From: Eremomyces bilateralis CBS 781.70 | Lineage: Eukaryota | Assembly: GCA_010015585.1 (NCBI GenBank) | Contig: ML975159.1 | Strand: one strand, 5' to 3' | DNA: 64,000 nucleotides | Shown: piece after piece, positions 52,193-64,000 of the stretch | How positions within the stretch are numbered: position 1 is the first letter of the stretch | How the letters are laid out: the number at the start of each line of letters is the position of its first letter | The notes under the pieces: model-generated | The model's input: the letters and a program-made list of their open reading frames with translations, nothing else | Databases searched by the model: none | What the model was told of the DNA's origin: nothing | Program-made: the position numbers and the translations under genes

Positions 52193-52715
52193 ATGGACGC
52201 CATCACAGCCTATCTCCCGCAACACGCTGGTTTTCTTCCGAAGTGGCTCTTTTTCGTAAATACTCAATGATCACTCTATTCGTTTTTAGACTACAGTACA
52301 ACTAACCATACAATCACCACCTCAGACCGGCATCATCTCCATCGGCAACAGCATCCAAGCCTACTCCACCCTCGAATTCACCAAACGAGTCTACAACGGC
52401 GCTCCCACAGCCGATGGCAAAGACACCGACAAGAAGCTCTCCGCCGCCAGCCCCGTCACCCCACTCGCCGCGCACCTCTTCGCCACATGGACCTTCACCT
52501 CCGCCATGGTCCGTCTCATCGCAGCGTACCACATCACCACCCCGCCGATCTTCTGGCTAGCGTTCGTGACATATACCATTGCATTTTCGCACTTCGGCGC
52601 GGAGTGGCTCATTTATGGGAACACCAAATTGGGGGCGGGATTGGCGGGGCCGCTGGTGGTGAGCACGAGTACGATCGCTTGGATGTTGTTGACCTGGCAG
52701 GAGTATTTGGGCTAG
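52193..52715 (+). CDS. ERG28: Ergosterol biosynthesis scaffold protein Erg28, 2 exons
   Basis: GFLPKWLFF / ISIGNSIQAY...VTPLAAHLFATWT...AFSHFGAEWLIYG. Confidence 0.9.
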
Positions 52716-52746
52716 CTAGGTCGGGGGGTTAGACTGGTTGATACAG

Positions 52747-54169
<1,423 letters not shown>

Positions 54170-54653
54170 TTACTGCGTGGCTTTTGAACTGATCTCCTTG
54201 TTCTATTGTACAATATGGTATCGCCAACCTCAAGCGTTTTGGTTAAGGTAGGAATGGTTGTGGTAGAAATTTTGATTCAAGAAAGATTAGATTACATCAT
54301 AGGACAAGGGTTTGGTTGCATTAAGAAACTTTTCGTTTCCTATTTTAGCCTAGCATGTTATATACAACGTTCAGGAGCGTCGGGGGATTTCATTCCGATT
54401 CAAACCTTTTTATCGCATCGCTACTTAACAACTTAACTACCCACTAGTTACACATACCGCACACAACATCAGATACACGTCCAGTTAACTTTCACCAACT
54501 TATAATACGATTGTAAACCTTAGATCTCCAATAACATGGACATAGACATGGACCGTGGAGTGCAATAGTCCGCGCCGTTTTGGATACGAGCATCCAAACT
54601 CCCATCCACTCGAATCGAAACCGAGAACAATAGCAATATAATCCTCCAGCACC

Positions 54654-54697
54654 TTGTCACTATTGTCACCATTGTCACCATTGTCACCATTGTCACT
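54654..54697 (+). repeat. 9-bp minisatellite (TTGTCACCA) x5
   Basis: ttgtcacta ttgtcacca ttgtcacca ttgtcacca ttgtcact. Confidence 0.9.
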
Positions 54698-54949
54698 GAC
54701 TACCATGTCCCGATTCCTTCGGCTTCTTTCGATGCGCTGTGGGATCCGATATATGTACAGCTCTCACCTGTTACGCATGCAACCTCGTGCCCTTATGTCT
54801 TTCGCGCCCAAAAAAGAAGACAATATGTTCTTCATTCTCTCGGTTGATTTCTCGCTACGGTCATACCACTCGCAACTTGTCTTCTGTGACGTCCGAAGAG
54901 AAGCTCGAACGCTACTGTGCTGATAACTCCCACTTCATATTCCTTCATC

Positions 54950-55515
54950 TTCGGAATACTTCTCAATTCATCGTATATAGCTACCTGGAACGACAACCAC
55001 TTGTCCGAGTGGACCTAACTACCGTCTCTTCGTGCCCCTAAAGTTTTTCTTGGTGCTCCATGGGACGGCAGTGTTGATTTGTGGGGCTTCGCTCGCGTGG
55101 TACGTCTCCTGACCTTTCCTTTCCTCGTCTACGGTACTCATAAGGAGCAGATATACGAACTCCTTCAGGGCAGAGTGTTGTTCCGAGGTAGTCCTAGTCC
55201 GAAAGGCACCTAGACCGCCGAAGAAGACCAAATAGTTCAAATGATTGAGCTGCTCGGTCCTATCCCTACGTCTATCTGCGTGTCTCAAGCTCACAGCCTT
55301 CCACTGCTTCTAACCTTGATTTCCAGGTAATTTGTTACACATCAAGCAGTTTGCCTCGTTCTCACCGCGAGATCTTCTTACGCATACTACAAACCCCTCT
55401 ATATCGGTAAATGACTACGAACAGTTTAAGGCATTTCTACGAGCTATGCTGCAGTATGAGCCGAGTGAGAGGAAGTTGCCGAAGGAGCTGTTGAAAGAAC
55501 CATAGCTGTCCAACG
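54950..55515 (+). pseudogene. SRPK-like (CMGC) protein kinase C-lobe remnant
   Basis: Frameshifted reading IATWNDNHLSEWT*..SLRAP..FLGAPWD..VDLWG, QIYELLQGRVLFRG, EEDQIVQMIELLGP, FKAFLRAMLQYEPSERKLPKELLKEP*L. Confidence 0.65.
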
Positions 55516-55780
55516 AATGTTCATAATTCGGTACGTAAACTGGAACATCTGATCCTGATGTCGGTCCGTCCCTTGGTTCAGCCACGTATTGTATAATATA
55601 ATAATCCATCCTCCATCAGCAACGACTGTAACTCTAATCGTCAAGGATGAGTAGAGCGCAGAGAGTCACCTCATCATCAATTAATATCGTGTTCATAATT
55701 ACAATTAGCCCATCGTCCCTCGCCACGGCCGAACCAAACTACGCTAGTATCTTGGTCGCCTCTGTGCCGAAATTTGGAGA

Positions 55781-56251
55781 CCTCCGGGGTGGATAAAATT
55801 GAATCGCGTTTCTTGGCAGTTTTCTACACATCACCACCCTCCACCGAAGACAGTCTGTGTAGGCACCTTGCATGCAGTCAATTCGCTCAAAAACAGCATA
55901 ATATTGAAATTAGTATATATTCCTTAATTAGCCAATTACCATAGATCTGTTTTGATGAACTCTCCGCCGCGCTCAACGAGCATCTGGCAGCGCAGCGGCA
56001 TCTCTGCCATTCGCGCCCGAATCTCCTCCATCGTGATCTTTTCCCACTCCTCAATCAAGATCTGTTTGAGCTCGTCCAATGACTCCCATAACCTGCATTT
56101 TATACGCTGTTTAATGAAACCCCAAATTGCCTCAATTAGGTTGAGATCGGGGGATTGCGCTGGGTGCTTCAATCGATGATAGAAGATTGTACAGAGAGTT
56201 GGGGTAGATCGAATGCCAAGAAATGCGATTCAATTTTATCCCCCCCGGAGG
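55781..56251 (-). mobile_element. Non-autonomous Tc1/mariner deletion derivative (~470 bp) with 38-bp TIRs
   Basis: cctccggggtggataaaattgaatcgcgtttcttggca (55781-55818) is the reverse complement of 56214-56251 with 2 mismatches. Interior encodes a DDE_3 C-terminus HPAQSPDLNLIEAIWGFIKQR. Confidence 0.85.
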
Positions 56252-57292
56252 AGAGCTCAAATCAGGCCAACTGTGGTTGACAATAGCACAAATTGGAGTG
56301 CGAAGTCGCCTGTCATACCCGAGGACGACTTGATGAGGGTCTTTATGCTTTCCACGGTGGGGGAAAATGACTGCGGTCGGTCAAGTGACGGTACTCGGGA
56401 TACGGATCCGATTTGTGTGAGATAAATAGCGGTTTCGCTCAATCAGGTGATTAATGCAGCGAAACGGTGGGAAAACCCCGTTAGATTCCAAAAGAGCGTA
56501 GATAGATTGAATTTGATCCTAAAGAGCCGGATCCTACGAAAACAGGCTGTTCTTGCAGCTATTTTATATGGTTTACAATGGTGATCTTTTCCCTAAAAAG
56601 GGAAAGAATAGGGATAGAATCGAATATGGATACGGAATGAAGCCGTGGGGAAACGCCAAGAAACACAGATATTCTGTGACAATTTGTACGGTGGTCCCAT
56701 AGATTTGGCGGCCACAGTTTGTCAACCCGGGCGATCAATGGTTTCCTGGTCCGTATGCTAAAGCACTATACGAGGGGATGGATGTATCTATCGGGTAAAA
56801 CGAGGTTCTAACGCACGTATACCATCCTCGATTTCCACTCAATTCGGTCCCGAGAAAACTTGGGTGTTTGCCTGGGGAATATCCGTGTCACAGGAAAATT
56901 ACCTTAGCTATATCTGCCCTTCTACTAGCTTCCTAGTAGGGGCGTCCCTTTTTGGGGATTTAGCTTAGTTGGTTACATTTGACAATCCGCGCGTATTGCG
57001 CGGGACCATTCCCGGATCCCAATAACCTAAGATGGATGTACATGGGTGTAGGTGCGAGAAAGACACCGAGATTAACAATAAAGCAGCTGGAATCATCGGC
57101 GAACGGGGTACCCTGGAGTTCTAAGTATAATCCTATACTGGTGATCGAAACGGGCAACTTGGTTAGGAAAGCCAAGGCGTGGGACTGCGAGAACGCGAGT
57201 GAGCAGTGTGCAAACTCCTTCGGAGAGCGTGCGAGAAGTCCTCGGTAAGTGTACTCTGTGGCGCTTGGGTCATCCCAAGCAAAAATGGAGTA

Positions 57293-59148
57293 AGTTCAAC
57301 CCCCTGCTTCCTGCGCAACCCCCAAGCTGCGCAGTTCCACCAATTCGCTCAAGAGCAGCATCTTTTATACTACCTACATTGAAAACGCGTTCAATCTACC
57401 AAAACCGTGTACTTTTTAAAATTAATTCCATTTCCTAATATGGCAACTCATGATGAACGAATATCAGGTGCTTTACACGCAATTTCTAGTGGCGAGACCA
57501 ACTCCATCAGAGATACAGCCAGACTGTTTGAAGTTAACGAATCTACCCTCCGCCTTCGCCTTTCCGGCTCAAAATCTCGGTCTATCGCCCAACAGGATGC
57601 CCAACGCCTTACACCGGCTCAGGAGGCCTTTCTGACCGATTGGATCTTGGATTCAGATGCACAAGGATTTGCACCAACCCACGCACGCGTGCGGGAAATG
57701 ACATCGCGAATCCTCGACCTACAGACCGAAGAAACCCCCCTCGGCAAGAATTGGGTTACCGGTTTCCTCCGCCGTAACCCACGCGTTAAACCTTGCTTAG
57801 GCAAGAAGCTCGATGCTGTACGACATAAGGCTTCAACGGAAGAGGTGATCACGCGGTTTTACGAGCACTTTCGTACGGTGGTAGCCGACCATGACGTTTC
57901 CGCAGACGATACATACAATATGGATGAGGTTGGGGTCGGAATTGGTATAGGAGCGAATTCTATTGTGATCGCAGACTCACAGAAGTCCGTTACGACATTG
58001 GTGGGACAGGAGACGCGTGAATGGATATCAATTGTTGAGACAGTCTCTGCGACTGGGCGGGCGCTGAACCCGGCCGTGATCCAGAAAGGCGCTTCCCTCC
58101 AGAGCTCCTGGTTTCCGGAAAACGCGCCAAATTGGTATTACGACGTGTCGCCGAACGGATGGACCTCGAATGAGATCGCTGTAAAGTGGTTGCGCGAGGT
58201 ATTCCTCAAGGAAACCGCGACGAATCGCCAATACCGGATATTGGTACTCGACGGGCATGGGAGCCACGCGACGATCGATTTTCTGTATTTATGCAGGATT
58301 AGCAAGGTGGTGGTAGTCTTCCTACCTCCTCATACCTCCCATATCCTTCAACCGCTGGATCTTGCCTGTTTTTCACCGCTGAAACGATTCTACAAGGCTC
58401 TTCTTCGAAATGCAGCTTATATCGATAACGCGATACCGATTAAGCGCAGGAAATTCATCGTATTATACGCAAAAGCCCGTGACAATAGGCTCTCTCCTCG
58501 TACGATTCGCTCAGGATGGAAAGCTGCAGGTCTCGTCCCATTTAACGTGGAGAAGGGCCTCCAGAACCGGTTCGTTAACCGGTCGGTCCTACCACCGCCG
58601 CCATCACCCTTATCACCCACATCACCGACCCCACGGCCTACCGGGACGCGTCAGACGATACTTTTCTCTACGCCCGTCAAGCCTAAACAGGTTTACAGTA
58701 CCTTAAAGGCAATGTCGGGCAATAATCGCGTGGGCAAAGGCACGCAGAGGATTCTCAGAAAGGCGGCGAAGGCTATCGGCATATTTCAGACCCGCCAGGC
58801 TCTATCTGATGCCAAAATCGCGCATCTAGAAGCTCGCCTAGAGACTGCTCTAGCACCTAAAAGGAAAAAGAAGGTCCAGGTAGACCTGAATGAGCGATTC
58901 GCACGGGTTGAGGAGATCAAGGCTGCTCAGGTCCAGGCCGCGACTGCGGTAGAGGACTACCAACGCAAAAACACGGAAGTTGACCTCGTAAAAAGGTCGA
59001 AGGATCTCTCTACACTTAATTCTACCTCTTGCTTAAACGAATTTCAAATATAATGTACTTTGGTAGAGATATAGAGTCTCAAAGAGGTTTTGCCCAAATG
59101 GTGGAACTGCGCAGCTGGGGGGTTGCGCAGGAAGCAGGGGGTTGAACT
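57293..59148 (+). mobile_element. Intact pogo/Fot1-family DNA transposon (1856 bp)
   Basis: ~50-bp TIRs (agttcaaccccctgcttcctgcgcaaccccc[a/c]agctgcgcagttccacca) with 1 mismatch. TA target-site duplication at 57291-57292 and 59149-59150. Confidence 0.95.
57440..59053 (+). CDS. pogo/Fot1 transposase (HTH_psq, CENP-B HTH, DDE_1)
   Basis: Uninterrupted 537-aa ORF with LGKNWVTGFLRR, YNMDEVG, NGWTSNE, LVLDGHGSH and PPHTSHILQPLD. Confidence 0.93.
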   Translation: MATHDERISGALHAISSGETNSIRDTARLFEVNESTLRLRLSGSKSRSIAQQDAQRLTPAQEAFLTDWILDSDAQGFAPTHARVREMTSRILDLQTEETPLGKNWVTGFLRRNPRVKPCLGKKLDAVRHKASTEEVITRFYEHFRTVVADHDVSADDTYNMDEVGVGIGIGANSIVIADSQKSVTTLVGQETREWISIVETVSATGRALNPAVIQKGASLQSSWFPENAPNWYYDVSPNGWTSNEIAVKWLREVFLKETATNRQYRILVLDGHGSHATIDFLYLCRISKVVVVFLPPHTSHILQPLDLACFSPLKRFYKALLRNAAYIDNAIPIKRRKFIVLYAKARDNRLSPRTIRSGWKAAGLVPFNVEKGLQNRFVNRSVLPPPPSPLSPTSPTPRPTGTRQTILFSTPVKPKQVYSTLKAMSGNNRVGKGTQRILRKAAKAIGIFQTRQALSDAKIAHLEARLETALAPKRKKKVQVDLNERFARVEEIKAAQVQAATAVEDYQRKNTEVDLVKRSKDLSTLNSTSCLNEFQI

Positions 59149-60029
59149 TAGTCTGGATGTTTTCATGATCTCCTCTTGCAGTTGAAGGAATGCTTTTGCT
59201 CCTTCCCCATAAAGCAAGGGCATGTTGACACCAAAGAGTCCCATCAGAAGGTAGGCCATATCTTCAACCTTGGTCGTTGTGCGGTGCGCTGCCCAACTCA
59301 TCCTCTGCGCTATGCAGGACGCACTAAGTTCGCGACCGTAGAGCACATCCACATTTATCTTTGTCACTCTATGGATCTCGTGAACAAGTCGGTTTTTCGT
59401 CCTAGAAGGGACCAGTCTTTGGCAAAGAAGTGGATTTCGCCGGGCGCAATGAGTTCTTGCAAGGTCCAGCCTCTCGTCACCCAGCGGCTTCGAGAGAGAG
59501 ATATTTCGAAATACTCGCTCCCTGGGTGATCCGCCGGATACGCTGGAACATCGGCAAGGTAGGCAACGCACAAGGCTCCTTGCTTGTACCATTGAAACAT
59601 GGAGTTGATGCCTCTGACAGCTCGGCACTGCTGGACTTGTCGATGCAGATGAGATCAACCTAGGCGAACATACCCAGCACGTTCTCTTGATGGGTTAATT
59701 AAACCCTCTCACCAACTGAGCTCCATTCCCTTTGCGCAATACTACGATTTGCCGCCAGACAAAAGTAGAAAAATAATAAAAGCATAGCCATTTCTCGGGG
59801 CATTCCGTATGGATATATATAAGGCTAAGTAGTTATAATTTGCGGTCGAGTCAATCTGGCCGTCGTCCCAAACAGGCCTCACCTGAAGCCCCACCACGCA
59901 AAAGACCGCCTCCGGTTTACCCACGAATTCCTTAAATTCGACTTCTCCCGGACCTACTCTACGGACGAGTGCTCGTATGAGAAGGGGGCGGGCGGTAAGC
60001 AGGTATGGGTATGGCGCCTGTACCACGAA

Positions 60030-60562
60030 GCGTATGAACCGCGAATGATAGAGCCAAAGACGGCAGGGAAGGCGATTTCGCAGATGATTTGGGGCTCAAT
60101 TTCGCGTGATGGGCGATCAGATCTGGTGATCATGGACCGCGACGAAACCTCCGCAAGACAGGGCTATTCCGCGAAATCCTACATCGCTGCATTGGAGGAG
60201 GGACTCCTCCATACGTACGAACCCGGGATATTGTTATCCAGGATAACGCAAAGGTCCATACGGCCAAAATCACCCAAGAATGGCTGGAGACGCACGGCAT
60301 CTGGGTCATAGATTGGCCGGTCAATTCCCCAGACATCAACCCCATTGAACATATGTGGCATCTGTTGAAAACCAAGGTCCTAGAGCTCCACCTTGAATTA
60401 AAGATGATGGGCGCCTAGGAGGAGGCACGGGAGGCCATGAATGCGGCGTTAAAGGAGACGTGGTGGGCGGTCCCTTGGGAGACAATCCGAGATCTGATCG
60501 ACTCAATTCCGCGACGTCTACAGGCAGCAATCAAGGTAAAAGGGTGGCATACGAAATATTAG
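60030..60562 (+). mobile_element. Tc1-like (DDE_3) transposase remnant
   Basis: MIWGSISRDGRSDLVIM, frameshift to IQDNAKVHTA, DWPVNSPDINPIEHMW, internal TAG, ends RRLQAAIKVKGWHTKY*. Confidence 0.85.
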
Positions 60563-61099
60563 ATATTTTCCAATTAAGCAATCAAAAAAGTAGACTGAAT
60601 TTGCGTATGTACGTGTTTTTCAGCGTATCTCAAGATACAGTGTATGGCGATCGAATTTAGTGATTTTCGGGGGTGTGCCCAGAGTCGTGATGACTGCATA
60701 CGATCATTAGGGTCTGAGCGCTTCGGTTTGGATCACAATTCACAAAACTTAATGAGATTGGCGGAACAATCTGATCGGAACGCCTCATCACTTGTGATTC
60801 GACGACATGCTTCGGCAACAGCCATAGTTCGGTCCAACCGACCAGCTTAGCGCCTGCTTAGCGCCAGAGCACGGTCAAATCGCAGACACGAGGCTGAGAC
60901 CGTGGACAGGGCACTGTGGAGTGACCGGAATATACGCAGCCTTGGGCCAGAACTTATAATGGCCTTTCTCTGCCGCTACGGTCGTCGTCCTTGTTCTTCA
61001 AGGGCAACTCAACTCTCGCTTCTTCGTTAACGTAGGCAAACCGCACAACCTGTCATTCCACCCGCCCATCTGCCGGCCTGGCGCGCTTCCCTCCACACC

Positions 61100-64000
61100 A
61101 TGGCATCCCTCAACTCTCTCGACAGCCCCGACTCCTATGCGGTCGCCTGGATCGCAGCTCTTCACATCGAGCGGGCCGCTGCAGAAGCGATATTCGACGA
61201 GGAACATGCGCCCCCAACTGGCTTCGCTAGGCACCCAACCGACGCGAACCGTTATACATGGGGTCGTATGGGAGAGCACAACATCGTTATCGTCTCTCTT
61301 GCCGCCGGAGACTATGGAACCACCTCGGCTACGACTACAGCCTCGAGCCTGCTTGCCTCTCTGCCATCCATCCGTGTTGGTCTTCTGGTCGGCATAGGCG
61401 GCGGCATCGCACGACCGGACGATGACTGCGATATCCGGCTCGGCGATATTGTCGTGAGCCAGCCCGATGGGACCACAGGCGGCGTCTGCCAGTACGACCT
61501 GATCAAGGCAAAACCTGGTGACAGGCGTGAGCGCAAAGGCTTCCTCGGACGGCCTCCGACGGTCCTCCTCAACGCGCTTGCCAGCATCCGGGCCGATCAC
61601 GAGCGAAAAGACTCCAAGGTTCCCTGCTTCCTTCAACAGATGTTAGAGAAGTACCCGAAGATGGGCAAGAGATCCAAGACAAGTCCTGGCTATGCTTACC
61701 AGGGCTTCGACAACGATCGCCTCTTTAAAACTTCTAGTGGCCATGTCTCCGGGCCGGACTGTCGGGGCTGCGACGCGGCTGGCGAGGTTCAACGCGATCC
61801 TCGAGACACCACCGACCCCGATATCCACTACGGGACCATCGCATCCGGTAACACGCTGGTCAAAGACGCCGCTGCGCGCGATCGGATTGTTGCCGACGTC
61901 GGCGAGGATTGTATCTGCTTTGAGATGGAAGCAGCCGGCCTGATGAACCTCTTTCCTTGTCTTGTGATCCGAGGGATCTGCGACTATGCCGATTCCCACA
62001 AGAACGATCGATGGCAACGCTACGCCTCGGCCACCGCCGCTGCGTATGCTAAGGAGCTCCTGGCGTACGTGCCGGTTGCGGAGGTCCAGGAGACCAAGAA
62101 GGCGCTGGAAATGCTTCAATCAGGTTAGTGATCTATATCCTCCGACAGGGCCCTGGCCTGGCGAATAAACACGGAGGAGTAATAATCTCACGTCGAGCAC
62201 ATTCTGACCTGCCTTAGTTGAACAAAAAATCGATAGTATGCAGCAGACCATAGGTGTAGCGAAAATAGCCACTGATTCCATCCAGGCCGACCTTCGTACC
62301 GATAAGATCAAGCGCTGGCTTCGCCCCTCCGATCCGTCTATAAACGCCAACCACGCGCGGGAGCTCCGCCATGAGGGGACAGGTGCGTGGCTCCTAGAAA
62401 ACCCGGCATTCCAGGAGTGGCGCTCGGGGTCGCGTCGACATTTGTGGTTGTATGGTCTCGCGGGATGTGGAAAGACGGTTCTTAGCGCAACTGTGCTGGA
62501 TCATCTCGAGAAGGGAAACGACCGTCTTATCCTCAGCTTCTTCTTTGACTTTGGCGACGCGGAAAAGCAGACTGTGAATGGCATGCTGCGGTCGCTTGCT
62601 TTCCAACTCTACCGAGGCCGCGGTGCCTCTGCAGGTGTTCTTGACGCCTCATTCCAAGCACACCAGGGTGGCCGTGACCAAATTGCGACAAAGGCGCTCT
62701 CGGATGTTTTATTCAAGATTCTCGCAGTCGAGGCGAAGGTCTCTATCGTTCTGGACGCCTTGGACGAGTCGACAACTAGGCGCGAACTACTCCTCTGGAT
62801 CAAGGACGTAGTTTGCAGGCCAGAGCTGGGCCACGTCCAGTTGATTTGTACCGGTCGGCCTGAAGCCGAGTTCCTGCACGACATGCCTTCGTCGATAGGC
62901 GACGAAAACCGCTTAGCACTCGATAAGCAGGCTGTTAACGCCGATATCCGATCGTACGTCGCAGCACAGCTTTCGCAACGACGTGACTTTCAGGACATGC
63001 GCCTGTCACAGGATCTCCTCGAGCTGATCCTCAGTAAGGTTGGCGGGGGCGCCGACGGGATGTAAGTTTTGGCCCAATTCTTCCGTGTCCTGACCGTTTT
63101 TCTGAGATGCATCACAGGTTCAGATGGGCAGCCTGTCAATTAGACAGTCTTGCCAGATGCCCGAGTCCCATGGCTATCAAAATCGCTCTCGATCATCTAC
63201 CGCAGGACCTGAAAGAGACGTACAAGCGAATGCTCTACAGCATCCCGAAAGACCGCAGGAACAGTGCTGTCCGCCTATTACAGTTTCTCGTCCATACCCG
63301 TTGGCCTTTAACGGTGCTGGACGCCATGGAGATTATCGCGACAGACATAGAGAAGGATCCACCGCGTTTCGACGTTGACGGGAGAGTGTTTCGTGAGGAA
63401 GAATTTCTACGGCACTGTCCTAGCCTTATCTCCATCGTTCTTGGGTATAGAGACGGCAGGACCATAAAGGAGTTACATCTTGCCCACTTTTCCGTCAAAG
63501 AGTACCTTCTTGGGGAGAATAAGTTCAAGATTCCGACTGCCAGCATTTCCATCACGAAGACATGCTTGACATATCTTACGGACATCGATGGTAGCCACCA
63601 AAATATCAAACAGGATTTTCCGATGGCAAGATTTGCGGCGAAAGTCTGGACAGGCTTTGCTGCGTTGGCTCAGGTTTCAGAAGATATAGTTCGAGCGACT
63701 AACAGGTTCATAGAAGAGGAAGTGACGTTCCAACGATGGGCTCGCTTGTATCAGGCTGATACGGATTGGGACGCTGACCCAGGTCCTCCACGAGGTTCCA
63801 AGCTCTACTATGCTTGCTTCGTTGGGCTCGTAGCGCCTGCGCGATATCTTATCGGCAAGGGAGCAGATGTCAATGCCCAGGGCGGCGAGTACGGCAACGC
63901 TCTCCAAGCCGCCTCATCAGGAGGCTATCAGGAGATTGCCGCCCTGATCTTAGACAAAGGAGCAGATGTTAATGCCCAGGGCGGCAAGTACGGCAACGCT
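61100..64000 (+). CDS. Fungal NLR: PNP_UDP_1 - NACHT - ankyrin repeats (runs off window)
   Basis: PNP motifs YAVAWIAALHIE, LLVGIGGG, CFEMEAAG, IRGICDYADSHKN. Walker A YGLAGCGKT, Walker B IVLDALDE, GM/FRWAACQLD, LAHFSVKEYL. Ankyrin units GADVNAQGGxYGNA. Introns near 62124-62218 and 63062-63117. Confidence 0.93.
63856..64000 (+). repeat. 99-bp high-identity ankyrin tandem repeats (start of array)
   Basis: ggagcagatgtcaatgcccagggcggcgagtacggcaacgct at 63860 versus ggagcagatgttaatgcccagggcggcaagtacggcaacgct at 63959. Confidence 0.85.

Larger units (their letters stand above)
56960..59660 (-). pseudogene. HET-domain heterokaryon incompatibility protein, frameshifted and interrupted by a pogo element
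   Basis: VDLICIDKSSSAELSEA, MFQWY...CVAYLADV, SRWVTRGWTLQELIAP, RMSWAAHRTTTKVEDMAYLLMGLFGVNMPLLYGEG. Resumes beyond the transposon with SIFAW...RGLLARSPKEF and QYARI. Confidence 0.88.

Noticed and set aside
54654..54697. Short repeats as a CRISPR-like array
   Set aside because: Simple 9-bp minisatellite without spacers in a eukaryotic genome.
54600..64000. Starship giant transposon edge, since PNP-NACHT-ANK NLRs are common cargo
   Set aside because: No DUF3435 captain recombinase or boundary repeat is visible in the window.

Overview
Intron-containing filamentous ascomycete (Pezizomycotina-type) genomic DNA. Core genes: DHA1 MFS drug transporter, ArfGAP Glo3, Ddi1, a GNAT acetyltransferase, a DUF4246 protein, a long coiled-coil hypothetical protein, Fol1 (HPPK-DHPS), GH47 mannosidase, nitronate monooxygenase, tRNA-Gly(CCC), a STEEP1-like protein, MTHFR, Ifa38, Erg28 and Gal7. 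The most interesting functional signal is a candidate isoprimeverose (xyloglucan) utilisation cluster. It comprises a secreted IpeA-like GH3 divergent from a sugar porter, a nearby cytosolic YicI/AxyA-like GH31 alpha-xylosidase with an inverted XlnR-type site pair, and GAL7 just beyond. About a dozen core genes also show a strand-specific switch from C-rich to G-rich sequence near their 3' ends. There are two decayed accessory regions: 18-23 kb (Helitron and NLR-like relics) and 54.6-64 kb (kinase pseudogene, Tc1 derivatives, a HET pseudogene split by an intact pogo/Fot1 transposon, and a PNP-NACHT-ankyrin NLR). Hevein-domain and hemerythrin-domain pseudogenes are also present. All family assignments come from motif recognition by eye, not database searches.
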